Shown one piece after another: positions 33,039 through 42,344 of a stretch of 64,000 nucleotides of DNA (position 1 is the first letter of the stretch; each line of letters begins with the position of its first letter). This stretch comes from an uncultured Nitrospiraceae bacterium (lineage in GTDB: Bacteria > Nitrospirota > Thermodesulfovibrionia > Thermodesulfovibrionales > Dissulfurispiraceae), in contig CAVPIW010000010.1 of assembly GCA_963705105.1 (NCBI GenBank), forward strand, positions 128,001-192,000, given 5' to 3'. The notes under the pieces are model-generated. The model was given only the letters and a program-made list of their open reading frames with translations, searched no databases and was not told the origin of the DNA. The position numbers and the translations under genes were made by a program.

Positions 33039-33878
33039 ATGACCGTTCGAGACGCCGTCGAACTCTTCAGAAAGCATCAGACAATAGCCGTCAAAAAGAG
33101 CACCCGGAAAAACTACAGGGGATTCTTGGATCAGCTTCAGACTTCATTGTCGGACAGGGAGGTCGACTCCCTGTCGCCCGATGAGATCAGCCGGTTCCTG
33201 GAAGCATGCACCGAGGGACTGAACAGATCCACCCGGCATCTGCGTTATGCCCAGCTCAAGGCCTTCTTCAACTACGTCATCGACGTGACAGGGACAAACA
33301 TCAAGAACCCCTGTTCGGCCCCACTGGTCCTGAAGGCCTTCAGGAACGTCCCCCATAAGCCCCGTAAGATCCTGGACAAGGAGACGGTGGACGAGATCAT
33401 CTTCAACTCCACAAACACGAGAGACCGTCTCATCCTGGAGCTTCAGGCACGGTGCGGCCTGCGGGTCGGCGAAGTGCTGAACCTCAGGGTCTCGGACCTT
33501 TCGGGCAGAAAGATCCTCATCCAGGACCCGAAGTCGGGCAGGGACACGGAGGTCGCCTTCATGCCGGAGCATATCGCGGCGAGGTTGGCGGACTATGCTG
33601 CAAGCCAGAAACGCTCTTCTGACGACCGTGTCTTCCGTGTCGGTTACACGACGGTCAGAAACCTGGTGACGAGACTCGGCATGAAGCTGAATGTGAAGAT
33701 ATCGCCCCACGACCTGCGCCGGCATTCAGCCACCTATGCCAGCAGGAACGGGGTCCCTCTGGAGATCATCTCCAAGGTCATCCTCCGTCATCAGGACCTG
33801 AAGACCACGCAGGTCTACCTGGGGAAGATCAGCGATTCCGAGGCGATTAGATGGATGGACATCCTGCATGGCAGGTAG
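33039..33878 (+). CDS. Tyrosine recombinase/integrase
   Basis: GLRVGE, K, HDLRRH and RHQDLKTTQVY catalytic set; AAGGAGGT RBS. Confidence 0.9.
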   Translation: MTVRDAVELFRKHQTIAVKKSTRKNYRGFLDQLQTSLSDREVDSLSPDEISRFLEACTEGLNRSTRHLRYAQLKAFFNYVIDVTGTNIKNPCSAPLVLKAFRNVPHKPRKILDKETVDEIIFNSTNTRDRLILELQARCGLRVGEVLNLRVSDLSGRKILIQDPKSGRDTEVAFMPEHIAARLADYAASQKRSSDDRVFRVGYTTVRNLVTRLGMKLNVKISPHDLRRHSATYASRNGVPLEIISKVILRHQDLKTTQVYLGKISDSEAIRWMDILHGR

Positions 33879-33939
33879 GATTGTGAACTGACCAATAATG
33901 ACAATGACCTTCGGGGGTCTGTAATCTCTTGAAGGAAGC

Positions 33940-34315
33940 CGTACTGCCAAAGCGAGGCGGACATACGAACCAGGCAGCATCTGATGGAGCGTTCTTTTGC
34001 GAGGGGACGCGATACGGGTTTGATCAAACGAGGTGGCGGGGGCTGTGGCGAATGCAGATACAGGAGTATCTGACCTGTGCGATTCAGAACATCCAGCTAC
34101 TGATCGGCAAAGCCGCTAAACCGAAGAGAACGGCGGCAGCAAAAGCATTGGCAGTGGACACTGCCCGTACGAAGGCGATCCGGTCTCTGATTGTGGCTGT
34201 CCTTGCTGCATATTATGGACAGCGTGCCTGCCTCCGAGCATTATCACGGAAGAAGTGAAGTCGGGGGCTATTGTTGAAATCGATCCGAAAAACTCGTTTT
34301 GGGCAACAGCCCGTC
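33940..34315 (+). pseudogene. 3' remnant and right end of an IS1182-family element
   Basis: RQHLMERSFAR, frameshift, then GTRYGFDQTRWRGLWRMQIQEYLTCAIQNI; end TTTTGGGCAACAGCCC. Confidence 0.75.
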
Positions 34316-34433
34316 AATGGGTGACCCCCTTTTCCCTGCTCCTGTCGTACTGCTTTGCACGTGGTGTCGCTCGTGAAAAGGTCAATCAATAAATACGGGG
34401 GTTGTCCCGGATTGCCCGCCCTATCTAGTGGAC

Positions 34434-35153
34434 TCAATTTCCCTGATCGAAGTCGTCAAGAAAACATTTAATACCTTCAAAGATACCCTTAGCCATCTTC
34501 TCTTGATTGGCAAGATTAGTCATAAATTCCCTATCGTCTCTATTTGTCATGAAACCAATCATAACAACAACTGATGGCATATCTGTCTCAAGCAGAGTCT
34601 TAAACAGACCATTCTTGATCCCCCTATCATGTAGACCTACTACCTTGTTGATGCTTCTTTGAAGTGACTCAGCAAGTTTCCTACTGCCACTGTCCCTCTT
34701 GTTGCTTGCCAAGTCCTTAAGGAATTGTCTTAGTTCGGGTCGAGACTGCAGCGAATGCGGCTTAGAATCAATAATAACGTGGGGCTCCGCTTCAATTCTT
34801 GGGGGCGTGTATATTTCAAATCCCCTCGCCACAGCCATCTTTGCACTATTAATCCCTATACTTACAAATACTGCACCCTTATTGATGCTAGCAATCTCTA
34901 TTTTTCTTTCCGGCTCCACCAATGTATCATCGTTGCGGGTGTAGATAACCTTTTGTCCGGATTTCAACAATAATTCCCCCACCTCTTTGGCTATTCTTAA
35001 GGTTATCTGTTTCGAGAAGAAGGTTTGATATTTTGGTCCATAATCCTTTCCCCCATATAGGGGGTCAATTATAATTGTTTGCTCGGAAGATGCCGTCGAG
35101 GAAATGAGAATAGCAACAAATACAATTATAATACTAACAATTGTCCTAATCAT
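34434..35153 (-). CDS. Exported Amidase_3-fold protein lacking Zn ligands and catalytic Glu; candidate Rhs immunity protein
   Basis: Signal peptide. IIIDPLYGGKD (vs DPGHGG), SKQITL (vs EK), FVSIGINS (vs SIHAN), PSVVVMIGFMTN (vs VExGF). Confidence 0.75.
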   Translation of the reverse strand: MIRTIVSIIIVFVAILISSTASSEQTIIIDPLYGGKDYGPKYQTFFSKQITLRIAKEVGELLLKSGQKVIYTRNDDTLVEPERKIEIASINKGAVFVSIGINSAKMAVARGFEIYTPPRIEAEPHVIIDSKPHSLQSRPELRQFLKDLASNKRDSGSRKLAESLQRSINKVVGLHDRGIKNGLFKTLLETDMPSVVVMIGFMTNRDDREFMTNLANQEKMAKGIFEGIKCFLDDFDQGN

Positions 35154-35167
35154 GTTATCTCATCGAC

Positions 35168-36205
35168 CTAATGGTTATAAAGCCATTCACCCATTTCGCA
35201 CGTAATTATAATTGAAGAATCGTATTCTGATAGTCTTACGTTCTTCTTGCCCCTCTTCACTTTTACTGTACAATGGTAGTAACATTTCAGTCTACATGGA
35301 CACTCCAACTTCTCTGTCTTTGTTAGAACGCATTTTCCCTCTCCTTTATACACAGCTCCTCGACTGTCATCCCGAGCTTTAACAGGCCAAGATGTCCATC
35401 GCGGACATGTAGGGGTTAAACCCATCGGGTCCACAAGGTTCACAGGATCATTGTCAGCATATGAATAGAGGTTAATCGAACCTCTGTCTAACCCAATTGG
35501 GTCTTCGCTGATATACCTCCCGATCTCCGCCTTGTAATCCCTGTGCCAATTCTGGTGGAGCCCTGTTTCTTGGTCAAAGTATTGACCCGGGAACCGGATG
35601 TTGTTCGTTTCGGTGCCGGTGATCGACATCGGCTCTCCGAAGGGCATGAAATCTCCCTCCCACACCTTGGCGCCGGTAGTGTCCGTCATGATCATCGGCG
35701 TACCGAGGTGGTCGGTGTGATAGAAAGACAGATTGTCTCCTTCGATCTTTCCGATAGGCTGTCCGTTCATATACACATACTCCGCCGTGATCGTCCCGTC
35801 TGCCGCGGATTCCGCTATGAGACTGCCCTGCAGGTCGTAGTGGTACAGGGTCGTCTGCTGCCCGACTGTCTTCTTCACCCTCTGACCTTTTGCGTTATAG
35901 ACGTATTCACCGAGTATGCTTGTTCCTTCCATCGCCCTGATCAGTCTCTGATTCTGATTATAGACGAACTGCCTCTGGTTTTCCATGACGGTGTTTCCAT
36001 TGGTATCGTATGAGAAGGAGAAGGTCTTCGCTCCCGTGGATGATGTGAGCTTGTTGGCGGTATAGGTATAGCTCGTTGTGGAAGCATTCATCGACTCCGT
36101 CGTCCTGTTGCCGACGGGATCGTAGCCGTACTGGAGGCTTCCCCAGGGTCCGGTCGCCTGGGTCAGGCGATACAGGGGATCATAGACGAAGGATTTCGCC
36201 TTTGC
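35168..36205 (-). CDS. Orphan (5'-truncated) Rhs/YD-repeat core with Cys-rich C-terminal tip
   Basis: YD repeats continue in frame upstream of the 36091 Met (SFVYDPLYRL...YDPVGNR). HTDHLGTP, RFPGQYFD and DPIG...DPMGL cleavage motif, then a ~80-aa AT-rich tip. Confidence 0.9.
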   Translation of the reverse strand, partial: AKAKSFVYDPLYRLTQATGPWGSLQYGYDPVGNRTTESMNASTTSYTYTANKLTSSTGAKTFSFSYDTNGNTVMENQRQFVYNQNQRLIRAMEGTSILGEYVYNAKGQRVKKTVGQQTTLYHYDLQGSLIAESAADGTITAEYVYMNGQPIGKIEGDNLSFYHTDHLGTPMIMTDTTGAKVWEGDFMPFGEPMSITGTETNNIRFPGQYFDQETGLHQNWHRDYKAEIGRYISEDPIGLDRGSINLYSYADNDPVNLVDPMGLTPTCPRWTSWPVKARDDSRGAVYKGEGKCVLTKTEKLECPCRLKCYYHCTVKVKRGKKNVRLSEYDSSIIITCEMGEWLYNH

Positions 36206-36374
36206 GATTTAAAAGAGGGACAACCCCCTATTTATTGACAATGCTCGTCGCATGTTCGTTCTGCTGACGACATATTGCACTGAGACAGGATCGAGGGGAC
36301 GTTCTTCCCTGACGCGCAGATATCCCCGGATAAGGCCTGTCCCGGCATAGACCGGGAACGCGTGAACTGTCCGT

Positions 36375-36602
36375 TCACAACCGCCGCATTTGCCCTATTC
36401 CCTGAACCTGCGGGCTTTGTTGTGTTGTGCCCAACTCGCCTGGGGACTGAGCCTTGTATGCGGTTTCTGTTCCCCGGATCAAGTCCGGGGCAGGCTCTTG
36501 CCTTCGGCTCGTACTTGTGATAGCATCCATTAGTATGAACACTCTCAGGTTCTCGTACAGGGGACTTTTACCCCATGAGCTCACGCCCATGGCGGGCGTA
36601 TA
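36375..36602 (-). mobile_element. 5' remnant (domain I) of a group IIC intron
   Basis: Minus strand TACGCCCGCCATGGGCGTGAGCTCATGGGGTAAAAGTCCC...GCCGAAGGCAAG resembles class C intron 5' ends; no RT ORF follows. Confidence 0.7.
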
Positions 36603-36672
36603 TAAATTGATGGAGCCGACTCCTTACACTCGAACAGATGCCCTTCGGGCACTGCTCAGCATCGCATTAACA
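36603..36672 (+). other. Degenerate attC-like site
   Basis: GATGGAGC...GCTCAGCATC imperfect inverted repeat ending ATTAAC, between the intron 5' end and a TA cassette. Confidence 0.45.
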
Positions 36673-36686
36673 TGACGAGGCTTTGT

Positions 36687-36965
36687 ATGAAAATGACCTT
36701 TGAATGGGATGAAACCAAAGCACGAGAGAACTTCAGAAAACACAAAGTGTCTTTTGAAGAGGGTAAGACGGTCTTCAATGACCCCTTCCTGTTTACCTAC
36801 CCGGACATCGATAGTTCCGACACTGAGGAGCGATATATCAATATCGGATTATCCGCCAAGAACCGCATTCTCGTTTTGATTCATGCGGAGAGACAGAGTA
36901 AAATACGTATCATCAGCTGCCGCAAAGCAACGGCGCGTGAGAGGAGACACTATGAAGAAGGCTAA
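36687..36965 (+). CDS. BrnT-family toxin
   Basis: FEWDETKARENFRKHKVSFEE...IRIISCRKAT. Confidence 0.9.
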   Translation: MKMTFEWDETKARENFRKHKVSFEEGKTVFNDPFLFTYPDIDSSDTEERYINIGLSAKNRILVLIHAERQSKIRIISCRKATARERRHYEEG

Positions 36966-37257
36966 GACTGAAGGGCCGACAACAATAGAAGAGATGAGAG
37001 GAGAATATGACTTTTCTTCCATGAAGGGCGACGTGCGGGGCAAGTACTATGAAGCATATCGAGCGGGCCATAAGGTCGTCATTCATAAAGAAGACGGCAC
37101 GGACTCCGTTCAATACTTCAAACTCGAAGATGGGGCAGTCATGCTTGAGCCGGACGTAAGGAAGTACTTCCCCACTTCTGACGCGGTTAATAAGGCACTC
37201 AGATTATTGATCGAGATTGTTCCGGCAAGGAAGCGTGCATCCGGCCATCGGAAATGA
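36952..37257 (+). CDS. Cognate antitoxin (BrnA-like)
   Basis: EMRGEYDFS...RGKY...LEPDVRKYF...VNKALR; overlaps the toxin end. Confidence 0.8.
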   Translation: MKKAKTEGPTTIEEMRGEYDFSSMKGDVRGKYYEAYRAGHKVVIHKEDGTDSVQYFKLEDGAVMLEPDVRKYFPTSDAVNKALRLLIEIVPARKRASGHRK

Positions 37258-37627
37258 CACGACCGCATAATCATCCATGCACCGTTTCTGCATGAAATGA
37301 CCCCTGTCTCCCTGTGATAGCCATGTTCTGACGTCTGAAGGAGTGATGCTGTTATCCGCGACAGCCCCCCCCGCAAAAGTCCCAACCGAAAATCTTAATC
37401 CCAGTCAGACAGCGCACAGGGCGTGCTTGTGGCTGAAGTCGGCACAGCCTCGATCACCGACTGTTTCTCGATGATAGTATCAGGAGGCGGGATGGTTTTC
37501 AGGATTCCGTTGAAGCTTCGTGGGAACATCAAGATAGGGGTGGTAATGTCCAGAGGAGAGCATCGGAGAGGTCAAACTCGCCAGCCGGCACTCAAACCTG
37601 AGCCACGCTCTTCCTGACGGACACCCT

Positions 37628-38848
37628 TTACTGGCGCGATCCGTCATCCCCCTCGGACGGGTGGTGCGGGAGCGCGCTTTTTATCCCCGCCCCTTCCAGA
37701 GCGGCACGTATCTCTTCCCCGTGCTGCACGCCCCTTGTCTCGACAGTCACGTCCACAAGGGTCTTCCCAATGGGGATGCCCCGGACGAGGGGATCGTGGA
37801 TGATATTCAGGATGTTGCCGTTTCGGGAGGCGATGATGCCCGTCAGCCGGTGAAGGCTGCCGGGCGCGTCGTCGACGATGACACTGAATTCCGTGATCCT
37901 GCCGCTCGATACGAGCCCCCGGTGGATGATGCGGTCGATGAGGGTGAAATCGATATTCCCGCCGCTCAACAGGAGGACGACCCGCTTCCCCTGAAATCGC
38001 CCGCCCTGTTCCAGCAGGAGAGCGAGGGGCGTCGCTCCCGCACCCTCGACGACGAGCTTCTTCCTCTCCAGCAGGAGCAGAACGGCGACGGCGATGGATT
38101 CCTCGCTCACAGTGAGGATGTCATCGACGACACGGCGCATGACATCGAGGGTCAGCGCTCCCACCCTGCCGACGGCGATACCGTCCGCAATGGTCGTCTG
38201 GGGGTGCACGTCCCGCACTGTGCCCTCGTGAAAAGAATCCCGGGCGGAGGTGGCCGAGACGGTCTGGACCCCGATGACTTCCGTTGCCGGCGACAGGGCC
38301 TTGACTGCTGTGGCGACTCCCGCAATAAGCCCTCCCCCTCCGACGGGCACGATGACAACATCGGGCCTTTCCAGGTCGGCGAGAATCTCAATGCCGGCCG
38401 TTCCCTGGCCGGCAATGATCGCCCTGTCATCGAAGGCATGAATGAAGGTGAACCCCTCCTGTGACTGCGCATGGTCAAGGGCATCCTGAAAGCTCTCTCC
38501 GTGAAGGATCACATCGGCCCCGTATCCCCGTGTCGCTTCCTGTTTGACGATCGAAGACGTAACGGGCATGACGATCCTGGCCCCGATGCCCAGAGACTGT
38601 GCCGCATAGGCGACTCCCTGGGCATGATTGCCCATTGATGCGGCGATGACCCTTCCGGGGCGCTCCGTCACCAGCTTGTGGAACGCGCCCCTGACCTTGA
38701 AGGAACCCGTCTTCTGCAGGTTCTCGGCCTTGAGATACACCTGGGCCCCTGTGATCCTGCTCAGGGAGTTCGCATAGATCAGCGGCGTCCTGTTTATGTA
38801 TCCCCCGATATTGTCACGGGCCCGGTAGATCTCCTCCAGCGCAATCAC
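37628..38848 (-). CDS. ilvA: Threonine ammonia-lyase with C-terminal ACT domain
   Basis: KAENLQKTGSFKVRGA, SMGNHAQG, VGGGGL, LSGGN. Confidence 0.9.
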   Translation of the reverse strand: MIALEEIYRARDNIGGYINRTPLIYANSLSRITGAQVYLKAENLQKTGSFKVRGAFHKLVTERPGRVIAASMGNHAQGVAYAAQSLGIGARIVMPVTSSIVKQEATRGYGADVILHGESFQDALDHAQSQEGFTFIHAFDDRAIIAGQGTAGIEILADLERPDVVIVPVGGGGLIAGVATAVKALSPATEVIGVQTVSATSARDSFHEGTVRDVHPQTTIADGIAVGRVGALTLDVMRRVVDDILTVSEESIAVAVLLLLERKKLVVEGAGATPLALLLEQGGRFQGKRVVLLLSGGNIDFTLIDRIIHRGLVSSGRITEFSVIVDDAPGSLHRLTGIIASRNGNILNIIHDPLVRGIPIGKTLVDVTVETRGVQHGEEIRAALEGAGIKSALPHHPSEGDDGSRQ

Positions 38849-39699
38849 GATCGCCTCTTTGCCGCAGGTTTCACCTGTTTTTCGGTGGGCATGTCCAGAT
38901 TATGGACGATCTCCGCCCCGATAAGAAAGATGCAGGAGGAATAGAAAAGCCACAGGAGGAACATGACGAAAGCTGAAAGGGGGCCGTAAATCGTGCCGAG
39001 CCGCATGACCCGGACGACGTAGATCGTAAAGAGGTACTTCGCCGCCTCGAGAAAGATGGCGGTGAACAGGGATCCTGCGAAGGCGTGGACCAGGCGGACC
39101 CTCTTTTTCGGCAGGAGGAGATAGATCGTCGTCAAAGTGAGCAGGCTGAGGGCGAGGGGACCCACGAAGGCAATGAGAAAGGCCGTCACCGCCCCGATCT
39201 GGAACCCCGGGAAATATTCGGGGAGGTCCATGAGCATGTTGACGACCGATGTGGCGGCGAAGGAAAGGATGATGAAGACGATGATGAGCGTCATGAAAAG
39301 GACGGACAGAATGATGGACACGATGAAGTGTCTCTTCGTCTTGGTCTTGAAAATCACGTTGATCGCCGATTCCATGGACGAAAAGAGCTGGTACGACAGC
39401 AGGGCATAGAGACCAAAGGAATAGGGGCCGATGACCCTGTAGGTGATGAGTTTTTTCAGTTCCTGGGTGATCTTGGACGTGATGTCGGGGAAATAACTCA
39501 TGAGCTTTGCAGCGAAGAACCGGAAGATTTCGTCATGCTCACCGAGGAAATAACCGAAGACGGTCACGAAGAAGATGCAGAAGGGAACGATGGCCATCAT
39601 GTAAAAGAACGACATCGAGCCGGCGAGCATGAGCCCGCCGTCCCGGAAAAAGTCGATGAAACTCCGGCCTATGATCCGCGGGTAGCGATCAAGACCCAT
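38845..39699 (-). CDS. YihY/BrkB family membrane protein
   Basis: Multi-TM; YGPL...LLWLFYSSCIFLIGAE. Confidence 0.88.
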   Translation of the reverse strand: MGLDRYPRIIGRSFIDFFRDGGLMLAGSMSFFYMMAIVPFCIFFVTVFGYFLGEHDEIFRFFAAKLMSYFPDITSKITQELKKLITYRVIGPYSFGLYALLSYQLFSSMESAINVIFKTKTKRHFIVSIILSVLFMTLIIVFIILSFAATSVVNMLMDLPEYFPGFQIGAVTAFLIAFVGPLALSLLTLTTIYLLLPKKRVRLVHAFAGSLFTAIFLEAAKYLFTIYVVRVMRLGTIYGPLSAFVMFLLWLFYSSCIFLIGAEIVHNLDMPTEKQVKPAAKRRS

Positions 39700-39760
39700 G
39701 GGTCATTCCGGAATGAAGATCAGGAGGCGCCGATCTCATGTTCCCAAACGCAGGAAATGA

Positions 39761-40125
39761 ACCTTGCAGGTGCACGAAAGGGCGGGACAAAGCGCTCTGA
39801 AAACAGTGACAGTGTGAGTGTCAGTGTCACTGCCGCTGCCGCTGCCTCCGGGAAGGCAGATATGGTTCAAAGCCTTTCCAATGCGATGATGAGACATCTC
39901 CAGGTGTTCAGCGTCTGTTGCCTGACGGGCTTTTTGTATCAATAGACACGGCAAAGTGTGGTCCGGTGATGAATAAGGTATCTTAGCGGAAAGGCTTTTC
40001 ACCACATCAGCCTTCCCTTCGCGCGTGTTTGTCATCAGGATCCTGTTTGTTGTCTACTGTCTACTGTCTAAATTTTCGTGGCATCTTCGCCCCGCCTTTC
40101 CGGAGGGAGCACGCAACGATCAGGT
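39761..40125. repeat. MITE-like family A, copy 3, including a CTACTGT heptamer tract
   Basis: Shares its core with 25697-25986 and its right arm with 43334-43470. Confidence 0.8.
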
Positions 40126-40128
40126 AAA

Positions 40129-40962
40129 TCACGACATGTCAAGTTTGAGGAATAATTCGAGGAGCCGGTCGAGCTCGTCGAGAGAATAGTACTCGATCTC
40201 GATCCTTCCGCGCTTCTTCCCGTGATGCAGCCGCACCTTCGTTCCCAGGGAGCGGGTCAGCCTCTGTTCGAGGTCCTCCACTTCAGGGGTCTTCCCGGGC
40301 CTCGTTTTCGTCTTTCCGCCCGTGAATTTCCTGCAGAATGTCTCTGCAGCCCTCACGCTGAGGGCGCGTTTGACGATCTCCCTGGCGGCGTCGATCTGCC
40401 TCTTCTGCCCTTCCAGGCTGAGGATGACCTTTGCGTGACCGATGGAGAGGCGGTCTTCGTTGATCAGCGTCCTCACCTCTTCAGGCAGCCTGAGAATGCG
40501 TATGTAATTGGCAACGGTCGCCCTGTCCTTTCCGACACGGGCCGACAGGTTCTCCTGGGTCATGCCGTAGTCGCTGACAAGTCTCTGGAAGGCCTCGGCG
40601 GTCTCGATCGGGTTGAGATCTTCCCTCTGGATGTTTTCGATCAGGGCGATCTCGATGGCGTCCTGCGACGAGACGTCCTTAATAAAGGCCGGGATTGTCT
40701 TCAACCCCGCCCGCGTCGCGGCCCGCCAACGCCGCTCCCCTGCTATGAGCTGAAAGGCGCCGTCTCCGAGGCTCGAGACGATGACAGGCTGGAGGATCCC
40801 CTTTTCACGGATGGACTGGGTGAGGTCCTCGATGGACCCGTCGTCAAAGCGCTTCCGGGGCTGGTCACCGCTGGGGCGGATCTTCCCGATGTCGATCTGT
40901 ACAACCTCTTCTCCCCTTTCGGGGAGGAGCGCCTCAAGCCCGCGGCCTAACGCTGTTTTCAT
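40129..40962 (-). CDS. parB: Chromosome partitioning protein ParB
   Basis: ALGRGL, QPRKRF, AGERRWRA, ENIQREDL. Confidence 0.95.
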   Translation of the reverse strand: MKTALGRGLEALLPERGEEVVQIDIGKIRPSGDQPRKRFDDGSIEDLTQSIREKGILQPVIVSSLGDGAFQLIAGERRWRAATRAGLKTIPAFIKDVSSQDAIEIALIENIQREDLNPIETAEAFQRLVSDYGMTQENLSARVGKDRATVANYIRILRLPEEVRTLINEDRLSIGHAKVILSLEGQKRQIDAAREIVKRALSVRAAETFCRKFTGGKTKTRPGKTPEVEDLEQRLTRSLGTKVRLHHGKKRGRIEIEYYSLDELDRLLELFLKLDMS

Positions 40963-41713
40963 GCAGGATCTCCTTTGCGAGGGAAAGGTAGCTCTGCGCT
41001 CCCTTTGATCGCGCGTCATACAGAATGGCCGGTTTTCCGTGGCTCGGAGCCTCGCCAAGGGTCACATTCCTGGGGATGAGGGTGGTGTAAACCTTTTCTT
41101 TGAAGAATCTCCTCACCTCACCCTCCACCTGGTGAGAGAGGGTGTTCCTCGGATCGAACATGGTCAGGAGAATGCCCTCGATCGTGAGGGCGGGATTGAA
41201 TGATCCCCTCACGCGCGTGAGCGTCCGCGTCAGGAGACTCAGGCCCTCGAGGGAATAATACTCGCACTGCACCGGGACGAGGATGGAATCGGCCGCGACG
41301 AGGCCGTTCAGAGTGAGTATCCCGAGGGATGGCGGGCAATCGATCATGATGTAGCGGAAACGGTCTTTGACAGGGGCTATGGCCTGAGACAGAATCTTTT
41401 CCCTGTCCTGCCGCTGCGTCAGCTCGACTTCAACGCCGAGCAGGTCGATCGTTGACGGGACGATGAAGAGACGCGGCATCGACGTCTCGATGATGGCCTC
41501 CTCAAGGGGAATCCTGCCCAGATAGACGTCATAGAGGCTCTTCGTCACTCCGCGGCGGTTAATGCCGAGACCGCTCGTGAGGTTGCCCTGGGGATCGGAA
41601 TCGATGACAAGGATGTCGACATCCGCCAGGGCCAGGGAAGCGGCGAGGTTGATCGTCGTCGTCGTTTTCCCGACCCCTCCCTTCTGATTGGCGATGACGA
41701 TTGTCTTTCCCAC
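40934..41713 (-). CDS. parA: Chromosome partitioning ATPase ParA/Soj
   Basis: NQKGGVGKTT, DPQGN, IDCPPSLG, EAPSHG. Confidence 0.95.
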   Translation of the reverse strand: MGKTIVIANQKGGVGKTTTTINLAASLALADVDILVIDSDPQGNLTSGLGINRRGVTKSLYDVYLGRIPLEEAIIETSMPRLFIVPSTIDLLGVEVELTQRQDREKILSQAIAPVKDRFRYIMIDCPPSLGILTLNGLVAADSILVPVQCEYYSLEGLSLLTRTLTRVRGSFNPALTIEGILLTMFDPRNTLSHQVEGEVRRFFKEKVYTTLIPRNVTLGEAPSHGKPAILYDARSKGAQSYLSLAKEILHENSVRPRA

Positions 41714-41801
41714 GGCATCCCTATTCTATCACGTTCAAAAAAGAGAATACTAATGGGAGGTTTCACTATGAATGCGATATACTTAAGAAAAGGAGGCAGC
41801 C

Positions 41802-42344
41802 ATGGAAGAGGCGAGGAAATTTCAGGCAAAGAACGGTGAAACGATCACCATCAGACCTGCTGAGCCGGTAGACTCCTGCGAGATCATCGACACGATCCGG
41901 TCCAACGCGCAGGAGCGGAGCTACGTCCTTATGGAACAATACGGCAAGACCGTCAAGTCCGAGCAGGCATATATCTCCGGCATCGACCGGAACAAGAACC
42001 TCCTCATCGTCGCCGCTGTCGGCGTCGAAGTCATCGGGTGCCTTGCCGCCCTTCAGGCAGACGGCGGGAAACGGGAAGAAACGGCACATATCCTCCACGT
42101 CGGTCTTCACCTGAAGGAGGCGTACCGCGGCCTCGGCATAGGAGGACAGATGCTCTCCTACGCGGTCGAATGGGCCCGGGAGGCGGGGTTCGGGAAGATC
42201 GAGGCGAGCATATTCACCATGAACAAGGTCTCCCTCAAGCTCTTCAGCCACGCCGGGTTCACCGAGGAAGGGGTCAGGCACAAAAGGATACGGCTCGGAT
42301 CGGAGTTCATTGACGAGGTCCTCATGGGGAAGGTCCTTGAATGA
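41802..42344 (+). CDS. GNAT N-acetyltransferase
   Basis: YRGLGIG acetyl-CoA motif; N..SLKLF..AGF. Confidence 0.88.
   Translation: MEEARKFQAKNGETITIRPAEPVDSCEIIDTIRSNAQERSYVLMEQYGKTVKSEQAYISGIDRNKNLLIVAAVGVEVIGCLAALQADGGKREETAHILHVGLHLKEAYRGLGIGGQMLSYAVEWAREAGFGKIEASIFTMNKVSLKLFSHAGFTEEGVRHKRIRLGSEFIDEVLMGKVLE

Noticed and set aside
33039..33878. Tyrosine recombinase as the integron integrase for the nearby attC-like site
   Set aside because: Only 279 aa, the IntI-specific insertion before HxxR is not evident, and no attI was recognised.
39736..40035. ORFs similar to each other at 39736-40035 and 25773-25990
   Set aside because: The similarity comes from the non-coding family-A repeat, not from a protein family.
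40129..41800. parS site or replication origin near parAB
   Set aside because: No TGTTTCACGTGAAACA-like palindrome or DnaA-box cluster was seen.
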